Positions 61,399-64,000 of a DNA stretch of 64,000 nt are shown piece by piece. A model generated the notes under the pieces. The model was not told the origin of the DNA. It made no database searches and saw nothing but the letters and a program-made list of their open reading frames with translations. Every line of letters starts with the position of its first letter. Position 1 is the stretch's first letter. A program made the position numbers and the translations under genes. Source of the stretch: a virus; the IMG/VR virus record IMGVR_UViG_3300010430_000007, positions 69,912 through 133,911 of that record; one strand, given 5' to 3'.

Positions 61399-62690
61399 GT
61401 CAACTTCCCGAAGCTACATGCTTAAAGCGTGGCTGTGTGCATCAACATTTACTACTCATACTATAAAGTAATTTGTAGATACTCTAATTTATTATATCTT
61501 TCAATCTTAAAATCTGTCTCATTAAAATTTAGTATATTGATTGCTCCTACAATATCTCTATGATTTACATATCCACATTTACACTCATAATTTCTACTAC
61601 TTGGCTTGTGTCTTTCGCCACATCTCGGACATGTTTGACTTGTGTAAGCTTCATTTACTTTAACAAATTTAACCCCATGTTTTTCCAGTTTATTTTGTAG
61701 CAGTCTCATCAATTCACCATAATTCCATTGATTCAGTTTCTGTCCAACAAATCTTCCGATTCTCTTTTTAGTATTTCTAGTAGCACTATCTACATCACCA
61801 TAATAAATAACCTTTACTTGGTTCACTATACACCAATTTGCGTATAGTCTCGAAACTTTATGAGTTGCATTTAGTATCTTCTTATCATACTTCCAGGTTA
61901 AATTTTGGATTGCTTTGTTGTATTTGTTCCATCTTTTGCTATTCTTTTTACATTTGGAACGCTTGCTTTTCAATCTACTTAAATGTCTATTTCTTTCATG
62001 TTTGATGCTTCTTAATTCTCTACCTGTAACAATGCATGCATTACCTAGCTTGTCAATAGATGTTATAGAATGGATTTCTCCCAAATCAATAGAAGCAGAA
62101 TTGTTTGAATCTATTTGTGCAATTGATTCATCGAGTTTATACTTGACTGCTAAATAGAAATTATTTCCTTTATGGATTAATTCAACTTCTGCTATGTTTT
62201 GTGGAGGGTTTTTAATATAGCATTTATAAGGCTTTTGAACTGATTTTTTGCCATTTATATACTGTATGGGTTTTGATAATAAAATATAGTTATTTGCTCT
62301 TTTCACTGATTGCCCATCCCATCCGGTAGTATAATATTTCTTATCTTTATATGGAACTCGTACTTTGTTGCTATATTTGTGATTTGCAAAATATGATTTC
62401 CACATATCATCCCTGTTTTGACAATACTTTTTAATAACATGTTGTCTATTTTTACTCATCAAACCATTTTTTATCGGCTTCAACAATCGTTGCAAATCCC
62501 ATCTAGAGAGTCTATGATTAGCTACGTCTAGATAAATATTATCCAATCTAATGCATTCATTCCAAATTTCTGCCGAAAGTGAATTTAAATTGACTATTTG
62601 AGAATAATGTGTTTTATTGCATTTTAGAGGATAAATTGTTGTGTAATATTGTTTTATAAAATCACCTCCTTTCATATGGTTTCATTGTGT
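61399..62690 (-). mobile_element. IS200/IS605-family element carrying only tnpB
   Basis: tnpB ORF plus a ~60-nt 3' region ending ...CTTCGGGAAGTTGAC (right-end-like); left end not resolved. Confidence 0.6.
61461..62675 (-). CDS. tnpB: TnpB RNA-guided endonuclease
   Basis: SIDLG (RuvC-I), YYGDV, VNEAYTSQTCPRCG...CKCG..NHRDIVGAINI (Zn finger plus RuvC-III). Confidence 0.88.
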   Translation of the reverse strand: MKGGDFIKQYYTTIYPLKCNKTHYSQIVNLNSLSAEIWNECIRLDNIYLDVANHRLSRWDLQRLLKPIKNGLMSKNRQHVIKKYCQNRDDMWKSYFANHKYSNKVRVPYKDKKYYTTGWDGQSVKRANNYILLSKPIQYINGKKSVQKPYKCYIKNPPQNIAEVELIHKGNNFYLAVKYKLDESIAQIDSNNSASIDLGEIHSITSIDKLGNACIVTGRELRSIKHERNRHLSRLKSKRSKCKKNSKRWNKYNKAIQNLTWKYDKKILNATHKVSRLYANWCIVNQVKVIYYGDVDSATRNTKKRIGRFVGQKLNQWNYGELMRLLQNKLEKHGVKFVKVNEAYTSQTCPRCGERHKPSSRNYECKCGYVNHRDIVGAINILNFNETDFKIERYNKLEYLQITL

Positions 62691-62692
62691 TT

Positions 62693-63145
62693 CTATTTTA
62701 CACCCGTTGAACCAATTCCGCCTCTATCTTCCTTTTCTAAGTTATCCACCTCTACAAAATTAATTGTTGGTTGTTTTTTAACAATTCTAAATTGACAAAT
62801 TCTATCACCTTTATTAATTTTTCTAAATCCAAAGCCTAAAGCTGGGAATTTCCAGATGTCGTTATTTCCTGCATACGAATTATCAATGACACCCATATGG
62901 TTTGCTTGAATAACTCTCCACTTTTTGTAAGTAGATGAACGTGGAACTGCGTGAGCTTCATATCCGTCCGGCAATTCCATAGCAAACCCCAAATCAATTA
63001 ATTTAAACTTGAACGGGTGGAATCTAATTGTTTCTTGTGAGCGTAAATCAATCCAATCACCTAATGCAATCTTTTCGATTTTACACTCATCATCTACATA
63101 TCTAATTTTAACTTCTACTGTTTCTTGTTCTTTGCATTTGCACAT
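62693..63145 (-). CDS. dut: trimeric dUTPase
   Basis: IDLRS, PRSS, GVIDNSYAG, GDRICQ, DRGGIGSTG motifs I-V. Confidence 0.92.
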   Translation of the reverse strand: MCKCKEQETVEVKIRYVDDECKIEKIALGDWIDLRSQETIRFHPFKFKLIDLGFAMELPDGYEAHAVPRSSTYKKWRVIQANHMGVIDNSYAGNNDIWKFPALGFGFRKINKGDRICQFRIVKKQPTINFVEVDNLEKEDRGGIGSTGVK

Positions 63146-63205
63146 ATTTACCTCCGATTGTTTTTAATTTTAATATCAAAAGAGGGAAATTAATCCCTCA
63201 ATGTG

Positions 63206-64000
63206 CTATTTCATCTCATCTCTTGTATATCTTTGTCTTTCACCTAGCTCTTGCTTTCTTTCGCTTTTGTACGAGTCTTGTTTTACTAAATAGCCAACAA
63301 TTTTAATTCCTTTTGATACGCTCTTACCATTGCAGATAGGACATGTATTTCCAAAGAAACTATGGTCGTTTTCGCAAATATCAATTAAAGAAATATAAGA
63401 AAAGTATTTTACTCCAGCCTTAGCCAATCCTAGTGTGAATTGTTTTGCATCTTCAAATGTTTGGAAATTTTCGCCTAAATTGATGTGCAAGATTACTCCT
63501 CCACCACAGGCTTCATCAAGTTTACTCGCTTTGATTCTATTAAACACAGAAGTGGGTTCTTTTAGTGGAATCCATTGATTTCCATATAGATAGCAATCGC
63601 TACCTAGTTTTTCGTTAACTAGTGCGTTTCCAAAATACAGTCTATCCTTTTTGTTTAATTTTACACTGCCAGATTCCATTGGCGCCTGTTCTACGTTAGC
63701 AATAAAGCCATACTTTGATTCTGTTTCGTTATTTACAGACTCAATTAAATTAAACATACTCTCTACAAAATTAAATCCGTCCTCTGTGTATTTAGCACCA
63801 TTTAATTTATCAATTCCACCAAATAAGTCCGTAGCTTCGAAGACCCCATTTATTCCCGTGGTCGCAAACATATCTGACATTTGCATTAGCTTGTGTGTGA
63901 ATAACGGTAGTAATCCTTTATCAATTAGTTTCTGTAGAGCCTTTCTGTGACAGTAATGGAATTTATTTAATAATTCAACATGCTCTTTTACTAATGATAA
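63206..64000 (-). CDS. nrdD: anaerobic (class III) ribonucleotide reductase, C-terminal part; runs off the window
   Basis: ATTGING..E, GG.ILHIN, C...H...CPIC Zn site, KIVGYL glycyl-radical motif; frame open to 64000. Confidence 0.85.
   Translation of the reverse strand, partial: LSLVKEHVELLNKFHYCHRKALQKLIDKGLLPLFTHKLMQMSDMFATTGINGVFEATDLFGGIDKLNGAKYTEDGFNFVESMFNLIESVNNETESKYGFIANVEQAPMESGSVKLNKKDRLYFGNALVNEKLGSDCYLYGNQWIPLKEPTSVFNRIKASKLDEACGGGVILHINLGENFQTFEDAKQFTLGLAKAGVKYFSYISLIDICENDHSFFGNTCPICNGKSVSKGIKIVGYLVKQDSYKSERKQELGERQRYTRDEMK

Noticed and set aside
1-64000. Genome-wide genetic code 4/25 (TGA recoded)
   Set aside because: Trp is encoded by TGG throughout, and TGA acts as a normal stop at 26759 (ATGA overlap), 28834, 30633 and 34596; only one gene is TGA-split.

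Overview
A 64 kb low-GC segment of a large SPbeta-like siphovirus (temperate phage or phage-plasmid) of a Firmicute, probably an anaerobe given the class III RNR. From left to right: small early genes; a Rep-like wHTH gene with iteron-like repeats; a ~2 kb non-coding, strand-skewed region holding seven co-oriented DnaA boxes and a perfect parS site; a YonO-type single-subunit RNA polymerase; then HU, a beta-CASP nuclease, a metallophosphoesterase and a ClpP-like protease. The head module (terminase, portal, scaffold/protease, capsid) and tail module follow. These carry two free-standing homing endonucleases, an agr-like membrane cassette, a YomM-like tyrosine recombinase, a candidate ~1 kb structured ncRNA that encloses an ORF and a tRNA-like element, a tRNA-Ile(UAU), and an 883-codon nuclease frame split by two TGA codons. 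The tape-measure gene is interrupted by a 284-nt group I intron. The lysis module has an amidase-subtilase fusion. A convergent minus-strand block encodes a DUF1064-like nuclease, ThyX-like and FolD-like proteins, TnpB, dUTPase and partial NrdD. All calls come from motif recognition by eye; no database searches were run.
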